A stretch of DNA of 64,000 nt, from positions 21,390,001 through 21,454,000 of the forward strand of contig NC_043005.1 in NCBI RefSeq assembly GCF_006345805.1, written 5' to 3'. The notes under the pieces were generated by a model. The model had not been told where the DNA came from, did not search any database, and saw only the letters and a list, made by a program, of their open reading frames with translations. Positions 56,301-63,000 of this stretch are shown piece after piece; position 1 is the stretch's first letter; each line of letters opens with the position of its first letter. Origin of the DNA: Octopus sinensis. Lineage: Eukaryota. The translations under genes and the position numbers were made by a program.

Positions 56301-58318
56301 TTGTCAAATTTTGACTTCATTTTTCAAGCCAACTGTAGTTCTGCAGACAACTTCCCTGAAAAAGCATTTAAGTTTGGTATTAACCTATAAACCCTCAAGA
56401 ATCGTGTCAATCATCGACTAGCTCATTTCTTGATTTCTTTAATGCTCTTTTAAATGTATCCATGAACCTTTCTGCTTGCCCGTTAAATCTTGGGTGATAT
56501 GGAGGAGTAGTAATATGTTCAATTAAGAACATCTTTTAAAATTTCTTAAATACATTCGCCATGAATTGTGTACCATTATAACATCTCTTATTTTTCAAGC
56601 ACCATCTGGAGTATCCGAGTGGTTCCAAGGAGTGCTGTTTTCTACAAGTACTCTACTCTTATTGCTTGCAGCCCTTATTTGTTCCATGTACTTCTCAAGA
56701 TTTTTACTCACTGTTCCCAGGGTTCTGACAATTATTGGTACTACCACCACCTTTATCAGCAACTGAAACTGCTTAACCGCCCAAGTTAACCTGTCATATC
56801 TATTGACTTTTCTTTCTTCTTTGTCACATACCTTGTTGACAGCTGGGCATGCTATATCTATGATCTAGCATCGTTTGCTTTCTTTCTCAATTAACACTGT
56901 GTCTGGTTTCCTATCCTCTATCTCATGGTTGCCTTGAATCATAAAATCCTATACGATCTTTGCATAATCATTTTTGATGATGCCTTTATGTTTGTACCAC
57001 TTTTTTGCTCTGTCAAGTTCAAATTTGTTGCAAAGTATTCAATGGACAATCCTTGCTATATTGACATGACATCTCTTATATTCTTTCAGCACTAGTAGTG
57101 TACATTCACTGGTTATATGCCATATGGTTTCACCATTTTGTCCACAAATTCTGCACTTATCACCTTTTGATGTGCTGTCTATTCTGTATTTGATGTAATT
57201 GGTTCTTAATGCTTGCTCTTGAGCAGCACAGATTAGAGCCTCCATTTCCGGTTTTAAATCCTTTTTGGTCATCCATAGCCATCTTCTTTCCCTGTCTGTC
57301 TTATTTTCAACAATCCTATGAAATTGTCCATGCATTCCTTTCTTTATCCACCTATTTTCAGTTTCATTCATTCTCAAGTGTTTGTACAGTGCTTATCTTT
57401 GCAATCTTCCATCATGCACAAGCCAAAGAAGGTCATTATTATTATTGTTGTTGTTGCTTTTACTACTACTGCTAATACTACTACAACTACTACTACTGCT
57501 GCTGCTGCTGCTTTAGAGCTGTTTTTAAAACTAGATAATTATGCAGAAGTACCAGTAATTGAAATTGTGAATAGAATATTAGAAAAACAACCAGTGAGGT
57601 ATTTCCTAAATGAACAGTATATTACAAAAACACCATCCATCAGCAAAATTATTTTTCAGAATAAGTCATGCTTCTCAGAGATATTGTGAACTCTAATAAA
57701 TCATGAGACTTATATGGAACCTCACTTCAGTGTTTAGGTTGTACATCCTTCTGATGATGTGCATTTGTTTAAGACAGAATAATACAACAATATTTGACAC
57801 ATATGCTGACTACCTGTTTCAAGGAATACTGATGTTACAAAATCAAACCATTACAGAAGAGATGTACAACTGTATTATCTGCCACCTAAATAAGGAGACA
57901 AGGATCCAATAAGTCTGAATGTGTTTTACAACTCGTATGAATTCTGGTTAGTGTGTCCTTTCATGGATCAAATATATGTTTATAATAAATTGACCATTTA
58001 CAAAATTATGCACAACTTGCGTTACAGTATTTAATATAAATGCATGTGTATAAAATGTATTTCTTGCATTCTATTGTTTTCCAGGAAATATGGAGCAAAT
58101 TATGTTTAAAAATGTCAGCATACCAGAGAAGACTACAATAGGACAGTTTGAGGATATGACCTTAAAGGAGTGTAATGAAACTTGTTATAGTATTGAAGAA
58201 TGTAATACTTTTCTGTACAATGAACAAGCTATGTTATGTGATCTGAGCAATGGGACTCTGTTGACTCATAAACTTAAACCCAACAAAGACGGTTGGGATA
58301 TTTACATAGTTAACCCAG
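3753..58318 (+). CDS. Internal portion of a large modular extracellular-type protein gene with (Sushi-PAN-PAN)n architecture; 16 exons in window
   Basis: 16 AG/GT-bounded exons, all phase 1-1, lengths 168/171/234/240 nt, no stops when joined in order (3390 nt, 1130 codons). Cys spacing matches CCP and PAN/Apple domains. Start exon not found. Confidence 0.85.
5402..5641 (+). CDS. Exon A1, PAN/Apple domain type A
   Basis: ctctag|AT...GAAC|gtaatt; [79 protein letters not shown]; CxxxC..C..C pattern plus DYY; 240 nt. Confidence 0.9.
5985..6365 (+). mobile_element. RTE/BovB-like LINE fragment
   Basis: [43 protein letters not shown], typical post-RT RTE segment. Confidence 0.65.
7225..7435. repeat. 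Compound microsatellite (CA)n-(CTAT)n-(TA)n
   Basis: Directly visible; the TA run is the insertion site of the Tc1 element. Confidence 0.95.
7436..9085 (+). mobile_element. Tc1-family (DD34E) transposon, full length 1650 bp, IR/DR-type ends, transposase pseudogene
   Basis: TA|CAGTTGCGGCC...GGCCGCAACTG|TA; about 223-bp TIRs (7436-7658 and 8862-9085, about 94% identical); transposase from ATG 7778 to about 8813 with [24 protein letters not shown] (34 aa between D and E), broken by frameshifts and a stop. Confidence 0.95.
9221..9650 (+). mobile_element. Fragment of a Tc1/mariner-type DNA transposon
   Basis: Starts CAGGGTGTGATGGGTAAATTG after TA-rich flank, followed by degenerate HTH-like coding; recognition from memory only. 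Confidence 0.45.
10251..10484 (+). CDS. Exon B1, PAN/Apple domain type B
   Basis: ttgcag|CT...CAAG|gtcagt; [13 protein letters not shown]...[26 protein letters not shown]...WDVFMIHQ; 234 nt. Confidence 0.9.
11585..12292 (-). mobile_element. RTE LINE 3' end with (GAT)n tail
   Basis: Minus strand LYGSETW...LREKLGI...RRLHWF...GRGRPRKT, then 3' UTR and tail. Confidence 0.8.
12295..12590 (+). mobile_element. RTE LINE RT fragment in opposite orientation to the adjacent 3' end
   Basis: [39 protein letters not shown]...[11 protein letters not shown] on + strand. Confidence 0.8.
12590..12975 (-). mobile_element. mariner transposase N-terminal (HTH) fragment
   Basis: Minus strand [14 protein letters not shown]...[11 protein letters not shown]...[15 protein letters not shown]. 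Confidence 0.7.
13155..14308 (+). mobile_element. Non-autonomous Helitron-like element
   Basis: A|TC 5' end, CTAG|T 3' end, subterminal hairpin CCTGG-gcaagg-CCGGG (14281-14296), no TSD. Confidence 0.75.
14570..14700 (+). mobile_element. RTE LINE ORF2 C-terminal fragment
   Basis: [35 protein letters not shown]. Confidence 0.7.
15119..15289 (+). CDS. Exon C2, Sushi/CCP domain
   Basis: ttccag|CT...AAAG|gtaatg; [56 protein letters not shown]; 171 nt. Confidence 0.9.
16340..16790 (-). mobile_element. Old Tx1/L1-like LINE 3' fragment shared among units (homologues about 27700-28150 and 52740-53160)
   Basis: Reverse complement aligns with 18440-18850 (YGSAI...CPRCAQS...H.L.QC knuckle). Confidence 0.65.
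16800..18860 (+). mobile_element. Degenerate Tx1/L1-clade LINE (RT plus CCHC knuckle)
   Basis: [44 protein letters not shown]; many stops and frameshifts. Confidence 0.85.
19211..19450 (+). CDS. Exon A2, PAN/Apple domain type A
   Basis: ttccag|TT...AGAT|gtaatt; [14 protein letters not shown]...[26 protein letters not shown]...RDYYQRLR; 240 nt. Confidence 0.9.
20345..23250 (-). mobile_element. Near full-length degenerate RTE/BovB-like LINE
   Basis: APE endonuclease motifs (GVGFAI, ILSMYA, ILGDFN, HLIDYI, DHRLI) and RT motifs (YRGISLL, LFADD). Confidence 0.85.
23923..24156 (+). CDS. Exon B2, PAN/Apple domain type B
   Basis: tttccag|CT...CCAG|gtcagt; [77 protein letters not shown]; 234 nt; not in the ORF track. 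Confidence 0.9.
24297..24404 (-). ncRNA. Type I hammerhead ribozyme motif (left arm, identical copy)
   Basis: Exact reverse complement of 25212-25319; predicted cut after nt 24316 on the minus strand. Confidence 0.75.
25212..25319 (+). ncRNA. Type I hammerhead ribozyme motif (right arm)
   Basis: CTGAAGA 25227-25233; 12-position stem II with one mismatch (25234-45 with 25277-88); GAAA 25289-92; minimal helix III AC-ATGT-GT; GUA site at 25298-25300; stem I ttc/gaa plus aattcct/aggaatt. Confidence 0.75.
25640..26345 (-). mobile_element. RTE LINE RT and Cys-rich fragment upstream of C3
   Basis: [26 protein letters not shown]...VLNPLLFI; DMEKAF; Cys-rich segment. Confidence 0.8.
26540..26710 (+). 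CDS. Exon C3, Sushi/CCP domain
   Basis: tttcag|CT...AATG|gtaatg; [56 protein letters not shown]; 171 nt. Confidence 0.9.
29163..29326 (+). mobile_element. tRNA-derived SINE
   Basis: A-box-like GTGGCTGTATGGT, B-box-like GGTTCAGTCC, microsatellite tail; second copy at 35219-35385. Confidence 0.8.
29640..30855 (-). mobile_element. Probable non-autonomous Helitron-like element
   Basis: Minus strand starts A|TCTCTATATATAAAAG; internal repeated block (29728 and 30671); 3' end not firmly located. Confidence 0.4.
31129..31368 (+). CDS. Exon A3, PAN/Apple domain type A
   Basis: ctctag|AT...AAAT|gtaatt; [14 protein letters not shown]...[26 protein letters not shown]...RDYYQRVK; 240 nt. Confidence 0.9.
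32191..33490 (-). mobile_element. RTE LINE 3' portion with (GAT)n tail
   Basis: [55 protein letters not shown], then 3' UTR. Confidence 0.9.
33540..34670. repeat. Cryptic AC-rich low-complexity tract
   Basis: About 1.1 kb of degenerate CA/ACAC/AAAC units with almost no G on the + strand. Confidence 0.9.
35219..35830 (+). mobile_element. SINE cluster: tRNA-SINE, RTE-type tail fragment and a second SINE 3' part, separated by microsatellites
   Basis: Copy of the 29163 SINE; ggaagggcatccagc...gatgatgat tail; ataagtactaggcttacaaag...gaaacaagtaaaagag. Confidence 0.7.
36013..36246 (+). CDS. Exon B3, PAN/Apple domain type B
   Basis: tttccag|TC...CCAG|gttagt; [15 protein letters not shown]...[26 protein letters not shown]...WDIYVINP; 234 nt. 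Confidence 0.9.
36315..36870 (+). mobile_element. Penelope-like element GIY-YIG endonuclease fragment
   Basis: [18 protein letters not shown]...[36 protein letters not shown] once the nested MITE is removed. Confidence 0.8.
36432..36650. mobile_element. piggyBac-like MITE, 219 bp
   Basis: TTAA|CCCTTTCGTTAC...GTAATGAAAGGG|TTAA; 12-bp TIR with 1 mismatch; TTAA duplication. Confidence 0.85.
36870..37850. repeat. Degenerate AT/GT-rich simple repeat tract
   Basis: Mosaic of TA, ATGT, GTAT units. Confidence 0.85.
37958..38032 (+). ncRNA. Type I hammerhead ribozyme motif
   Basis: Stem I ttgtcttaataa/ttattatgacaa (11 of 12 bp); CTGATGA 37970-37976; stem II GGACATC/GGTATCT extended by GAAGCT/AGCCTC; GAAA 38008-11; GUA 38018-20. 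Confidence 0.75.
38224..38391 (+). CDS. Exon C4, Sushi/CCP domain (weak AAG acceptor)
   Basis: caattaaag|TT...AAAA|gtaatg; [55 protein letters not shown]; 168 nt. Confidence 0.8.
39763..40002 (+). CDS. Exon A4, PAN/Apple domain type A
   Basis: atccag|TT...AAAC|gtaatt; [15 protein letters not shown]...[26 protein letters not shown]...RNYYQRIK; 240 nt. Confidence 0.9.
40180..40380 (+). mobile_element. SINE of a second family (other copies about 44470-44680 and 44720-44945; decayed copies just upstream of every PAN-A exon)
   Basis: gctggcagaaatgttagc...ctttgcctttcat...aagtaccagtt...ggccttctgcc; multiple copies in window. Confidence 0.7.
41895..42220 (+). mobile_element. Dong/R4-like non-LTR RT fragment
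   Basis: [14 protein letters not shown]...YKYL..DEN. Confidence 0.6.
42221..44461 (-). mobile_element. Truncated Ty3/Gypsy LTR retrotransposon (gag-PR-RT) with PBS and probable 5' LTR
   Basis: Gag knuckle [13 protein letters not shown]; [35 protein letters not shown]; [13 protein letters not shown]; minus-strand LTR end ..TAACA followed by PBS TGGCAACAAGGAT (about 44128-44140); LTR about 44143-44461 (outer end uncertain). Confidence 0.85.
45519..45752 (+). CDS. Exon B4, PAN/Apple domain type B
   Basis: ttctag|CT...CCAG|gtcagt; [15 protein letters not shown]...[26 protein letters not shown]...WDIHIINP; 234 nt. Confidence 0.9.
46005..46790 (-). mobile_element. Dong/R4-like RLE-type LINE 3' part next to a (TAA)n run, plus adjacent repeat 46005-46195
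   Basis: [45 protein letters not shown]; (TTA)n at 46196-46222. Confidence 0.8.
46900..47250 (+). mobile_element. RLE-type non-LTR element C-terminal fragment
   Basis: [30 protein letters not shown]...[13 protein letters not shown]. Confidence 0.6.
47577..47744 (+). CDS. Exon C5, Sushi/CCP domain (extra copy not followed by PAN exons)
   Basis: ttccag|TT...GAAG|gtaatg; [55 protein letters not shown]; 168 nt. Confidence 0.85.
47790..48140. mobile_element. Penelope-like RT fragments in two opposite orientations
   Basis: Minus: [32 protein letters not shown]; plus: [17 protein letters not shown]. Confidence 0.7.
48293..49455 (-). mobile_element. RTE LINE 3' portion with (GAT)n tail
   Basis: [41 protein letters not shown]. 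Confidence 0.9.
49458..49600. repeat. (ATGT)n-(TA)n microsatellite
   Basis: Directly visible. Confidence 0.95.
49790..50285 (+). mobile_element. RTE LINE 3' UTR fragment
   Basis: gtggcacataaaa repeat units and ..agcagacgttaaacgatgatgat tail. Confidence 0.7.
51855..52025 (+). CDS. Exon C6, Sushi/CCP domain
   Basis: tttcag|CC...AAAG|gtaatg; [56 protein letters not shown]; 171 nt. Confidence 0.9.
54441..54680 (+). CDS. Exon A5, PAN/Apple domain type A
   Basis: ctatag|AT...AAAC|gtaatt; [14 protein letters not shown]...[26 protein letters not shown]...RDYYQKVK; 240 nt. Confidence 0.9.
55298..55700 (-). mobile_element. mariner transposase C-terminal fragment
   Basis: [55 protein letters not shown]. 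Confidence 0.8.
56330..56560 (-). mobile_element. Gypsy integrase fragment
   Basis: [26 protein letters not shown]. Confidence 0.75.
56560..57430 (-). mobile_element. Dong/R4-like LINE, CCHC plus RLE fragment
   Basis: [39 protein letters not shown]. Confidence 0.8.
58085..58318 (+). CDS. Exon B5, PAN/Apple domain type B
   Basis: ttccag|GA...CCAG|gtcagt; [15 protein letters not shown]...[26 protein letters not shown]...WDIYIVNP; 234 nt. Confidence 0.9.
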
Positions 58319-58397
58319 GTCAGTAGAGTGTTTCCATTTTATTTATTACCTACTTGACTGTGTGTATTTACATATAAATATATTAGTGTATGTATGC

Positions 58398-58459
<62 letters not shown>

Positions 58460-59229
58460 ATGGTATGTTCGGTAAAGAACATAGTAGAGTATGGTATAGA
58501 GCTCGTCAATGTTCAGATTTACCCTGTGCTATCCAGTATTATATGTACTTCAAGGTTTGCGTTTGGGCATCTGTCTTCAACAAGAAGCGGGATGGTTGGA
58601 CATGTATTTTTTAATCCCTGCAATTGTTTTAACACAATGTAGTTCTCCAGGTGTGCAGGTGCTTGATTATACAACTGTTTACCTGCATTATGAGATTTAG
58701 TTGTGTTTCCTCAGGCGATATGTAAATATTGTATCCTTGGCTTCTAGAATATTCTATATGGCCTGAATTTAGTAGTGTGTGTGTGTGTGGATAATAAGGT
58801 AAGAGAATACATACATGTAAATATATATTGATAAAATATGGAAAAGAAAATGTTTGGTGAACTTTATCATGGGAAGCAGAAAGAAAAATATGACATTACC
58901 ATAGTGGAATAAAATGAAAGGAAAAATTTTTTTAAATTAAACTCTCATAATTATAATTTTGTGTTTATCTTCCATTCTACTTCCATACTAGCTCAATGAG
59001 AATCATTCATACAGGTGACAAGCACTATTCCACAGATAGCTATACCACTTTTGCTTACATTTCCAACACAATACATACATACATACATACATATATATAC
59101 ATCTATACTGGTGCACAGTGTGCCACGTCTCAGATTCTAAATTGATCATAGATTTGAGATCAGAGAGGCTTTCTCCTAATCTAGTTGCTCAAAAGCTACA
59201 GAGCCCAGACTGCCCTTGAATTAGTCGAT

Positions 59230-60050
59230 GCTGATAGTGCACATCAACTAAGTGGACCATCTGCAGCGACAAACCTGGTTTTATATTAGAGCTTTCCATT
59301 TTCCTACTGTTGCCCCTACTGTATATGTTGATGGGAAAGCATTAAAAACTGTTTCCTCTTTAGACTTATCTTGGTTCTATTGTGTCCAGTGATGCAAAGA
59401 TGGATATCGAAATCAAGTCCAGAATTTTGGTAATCTTTATCACAGGCTATGGAACAGCTACAGCATATCACTGAAGGGGAACATTAATGTATAGAAGTTA
59501 GTGGTCTTGACAGCATTGCTTTATGGTGCTGAATCTTGGACTTTGTACCCAAAGTACATGAATCAGCTTAAGATCTTTCATATGTAATGCTTGCGTACAA
59601 ACTTAGATGGTCAGGTCATCTCTTAGGTATAAGCAACTTCTCTTTGGCCAATTCTCAACAAGAAGACCACTCTTGCACTTCAAAGACAAACTAAAAGACA
59701 ATCTGAAATGATGCAACATTCCCCTTTCTTCCCGGGAAAACAAGCATTTGAACACAGGACTTGGCACTAGTCCTGCTTCTCTTTAGTTCAAAAATTTGAG
59801 CAAAATCGACTCCAGCACCAGAACCAACTTCATGCAAGCATGAAGGCAAAACACTGCTCTTCTAAATGGAAACCTTACCTGTCATTGTGATTTTGAGACA
59901 CCAAGCAAAGCAGGCCTAGCTGTCCACTCAAGAAAACACATCATAAATAATCCACAAGCACTGAAGCAAACTGAGTGCTCAACTTGTTCTATTTGCCAAA
60001 AGGTTTGCAAGGCACCAGCAGATCTTAAGAGACACATTCGTGTCCATAGA
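59230..60050 (+). mobile_element. RTE/BovB-like LINE 3' fragment with C2H2-like ends
   Basis: YLGSIVSSDAKMDIEIKSRI..LLYGAESWTLY..CSICQKVCKAPADLKRHIRVH. Confidence 0.7.
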
Positions 60051-60121
60051 TCAATGCTTTATTTTGCTGAACTTTCATTTGTCATTCATGACAAGAGAAA
60101 CCATCCATCCACAAACACACT

Positions 60122-60160
<39 letters not shown>

Positions 60161-60168
60161 GGATGGCT

Positions 60169-60223
<55 letters not shown>

Positions 60224-60226
<3 letters not shown>

Positions 60227-60875
60227 AGTTAGTTAGTTAGTTAATTTGGCTCAAAAGCAAATAGCAAGGCCATGTAGGGGGACATGGAGTTAAGTACAGG
60301 GTGGTGTTCATGTAAAGAGTTTAGGCCACTTGAGGTCCAGGGAGGCTTTGAACAAAGCGGTCGTCGGCATCTTTACCATCTCGTCTGGCAGCTTGTTCCA
60401 CGGATCCGCAACCCGGACGGAGAAAGCTCCTCTCCTTCGATTGAGATGAAATCGTCGCAGGTAGAGCTTTTCAGAATGACCCCGCAGCCGACGCTCTGGA
60501 GCAGGAGTGAAGAACAGCTCTGTCGAGAGGTTACACTTTCCGCTTATGATGTTGTGGGTGAGAATGAGATCACCACGGCGGCGGCGTTTTTCAAGAGAAT
60601 AAAGGTCAAGTGTCCTCAGCCTTTCTTCGTAGGACAAATTTTTGAGACCATGAACCATGCGGGTAGCCAGCTTCTGGACTCTTTCGAGATGCTGTATGTC
60701 TTTGAGGAGATAAGGAGAAGAGGCTTGAATCCCATACTCCAATATGGGTCTCACCAGTGTGACATAGAGTGGTAGGAATATGGCTGCTGTGAGCATTCCG
60801 AATGACCGTCGAATCAAGAACAGAATTCCACGTGCTTTGTTGGCAGCATGGACGCACTTCCATGCAGGCATGTGT
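60224..60875 (-). mobile_element. Young 5'-truncated CR1-type LINE with (TAAC)n tail
   Basis: Uninterrupted 187-aa ORF: LYVTLVRPILEYG..LERVQKLATRMV..YEERL..LEKRRRRGDLI..RGHSEKL..FSVRVADPWNKLP. Confidence 0.9.
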
Positions 60876-61309
60876 CGGACGGTTCAACAAGAGCCAGCAA
60901 AGTAGAAGACTACTCCAGGCTACCGTGTCTGCTTTGGCTACTGTGTCATGCACACTGATGTTGCACATCCATACTGAGCATACTACCTTCATTCCTTCAC
61001 ATTTAGAGTCCATGTCTCACTACCATGTAGTATAGCCTTTCATACATAAGCATCATACAGTCTACCTTTCACTCTGAAAGAGAGTCCTTTTGTTGCCAAC
61101 AGAGGTAGTAGCTCCCTGAACTTCATCCTATTTTCATTCTATCAGTTCATCTCATAAGTAATGTCTGGACTTATTTTCAATTTGCAAATGCTTTAACAAT
61201 ATTTTAGAATGTCTAATGGTGTCAAGTAATATTAATGTGTATTTGGATATATTTAAACTAATTAAATTTAATTTGGAATGATAATCTAATTGAAATTTCA
61301 CTAATTATA

Positions 61310-62310
61310 GCTTTTCAAACATCAAAGTATCTTAGGAGCATTTAAAGCACATAATGCTTTATGAGTTTAAAACAGGGAACTCTGCAGCTGAAGTGACTTG
61401 AAATATTTACTCAGCTTATGGCAAAGAGTGCCTGAATGGAAGAACTTGCAGAAGATGGTTTGTAAAATTCGGAACTAGAGATTTCAGCCTTGAAGATGAG
61501 ACTCAAGCAAGATTTCCAATTGAATTTGATAACAAGCTCCTTTTGGCCTAAGTTGAAAAACATCATACAGTTTCAGCTGAAGCATTGACAAGCAAGCTTC
61601 GTTCAAACCATACAACTGTTCACTACCATCTTCAACAGCTTGGAAAGGTCCCAAAACTCAGAAAATGAGTGCCACATGATGTCTGAACCCAACCACAAAT
61701 CCTGAGTGGACATCTGCTCTTTTCTTCATTCTCATGAACTCACTTCACCCTTTTTGGATAGACTGGTGACCAGTGATTAAAAATGGGTCTTTTATCAAAA
61801 TGTTAAGCATCATAGACATTGGTTTGGTGAAGGGGAAGAGGCCTAACCATAACCGAAAAGGAAACTCTATGTGAAGAAGGTTCTTCTCTCTGTTTGGTGG
61901 GATTATAGAGAAGTCATTCACTTTGAGTTGCTGCCACCTAATGCAACAATCAATGCTCAAATCTACCGTCAGGGTTTGAATACTGCTTTGAAGGAAAAAG
62001 GCTAGATTTAGTGAATTGAAAGAGAGTGGCATTTCATCAGGACAGTGCAAGACTCCACACTGCAAAGATCACATCACAGAAGATCAAGGTGGATTAACTC
62101 TTGAAACAACTGAAGAAGTTGAAACTGACCTTTCAGAGTTCTTCTCTTTGAAACCAAAAGAGGTTTTCACAAATGGGATTAAAAGCTTACAAGTAGATGA
62201 AAAGATATCATAGATAATTATGGAAACTATACTGATTAAATTTCATTAAAATGTAAGATTTGATTACTTGTTTTTTTATTATTTAAAATCTGAACATTAT
62301 TTATTGGATT
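61310..62310 (+). mobile_element. Degenerate mariner transposon
   Basis: HTH (RTCRRWF.KF..DFSLED), WVFYQN, VWWDY, FHQDSARLH, FFSLKPKE. Confidence 0.75.
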
Positions 62311-62349
62311 AGTGGATAGAAACAATACTTTCAGAGCATCTACATCCGT

Positions 62350-62810
62350 TACTAGTTTGTAACTAAGTAGCAGAAACTATTTACTACCTCAAGAGTGCTG
62401 CCTGGGAATTTGATAGAGTCTAAGTCATGTATGCTCTTTGTGCATATTGTTCCTGCACATCTGTCACACACAAAAGCAACCTTATCTGTTAATCTAGCTG
62501 TGATTCCACTGCATCTCTTATGCATCCATAGCTTACACTGGGAGCAGCAGATGGAATTACTTCCCATTCCTTTCCTACATAATGAGTAGGGCCATTTACC
62601 AGACAGAAAGAGAGTCTTATATGCTTTCTTGCTAACAACTTTAGTCTTTGCTACGTTAAATTTAAAGGTTTTGCTTCCATACCTACATTTATCCAATTGT
62701 GCTTCAGATTCTAAAATAAGGGTGAGGTCATCAGCATATAGCAGTTCCCATGGGCATCCACATTTGAATTCCTCTGTTATCGCCTGGCGGACTCTGATGA
62801 ATGAGAGTGG
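62350..62810 (-). mobile_element. Old RTE LINE fragment (RT end plus PHD-like Cys cluster)
   Basis: NVAKTKVV..CRKGMGSNSICCSQCKLWMHKRC..FVCDRC..LEVVNSFCYL. Confidence 0.8.
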
Positions 62811-63000
62811 ACTATATATATATATCAGTTGAATAAAGTTAAAACATGATCTGTTTTAACTTTATTCAACTGATATATACATTCACATGAATTCAAAACT
62901 ATATGTATATATATTTTACTGGTGAAGGCTGGTTTATGGGGTTACCTTGGGTTTCCTGTGCAGAAAGGGTTTCCCATATATATATATATACATATATATA

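Noticed and set aside
3753-58318. Dscam-style mutually exclusive exon arrays
   Set aside because: The exon classes are interleaved (C-A-B) rather than clustered by class, and no docking/selector sequences were seen; only C5/C6 fit that idea.
3753-58318. Assigning a known gene name (HGF/plasminogen, complement regulators, cephalotoxin)
   Set aside because: No kringle, protease, EGF, TSP1 or LDLa exons are visible; shared domain classes alone do not support orthology.
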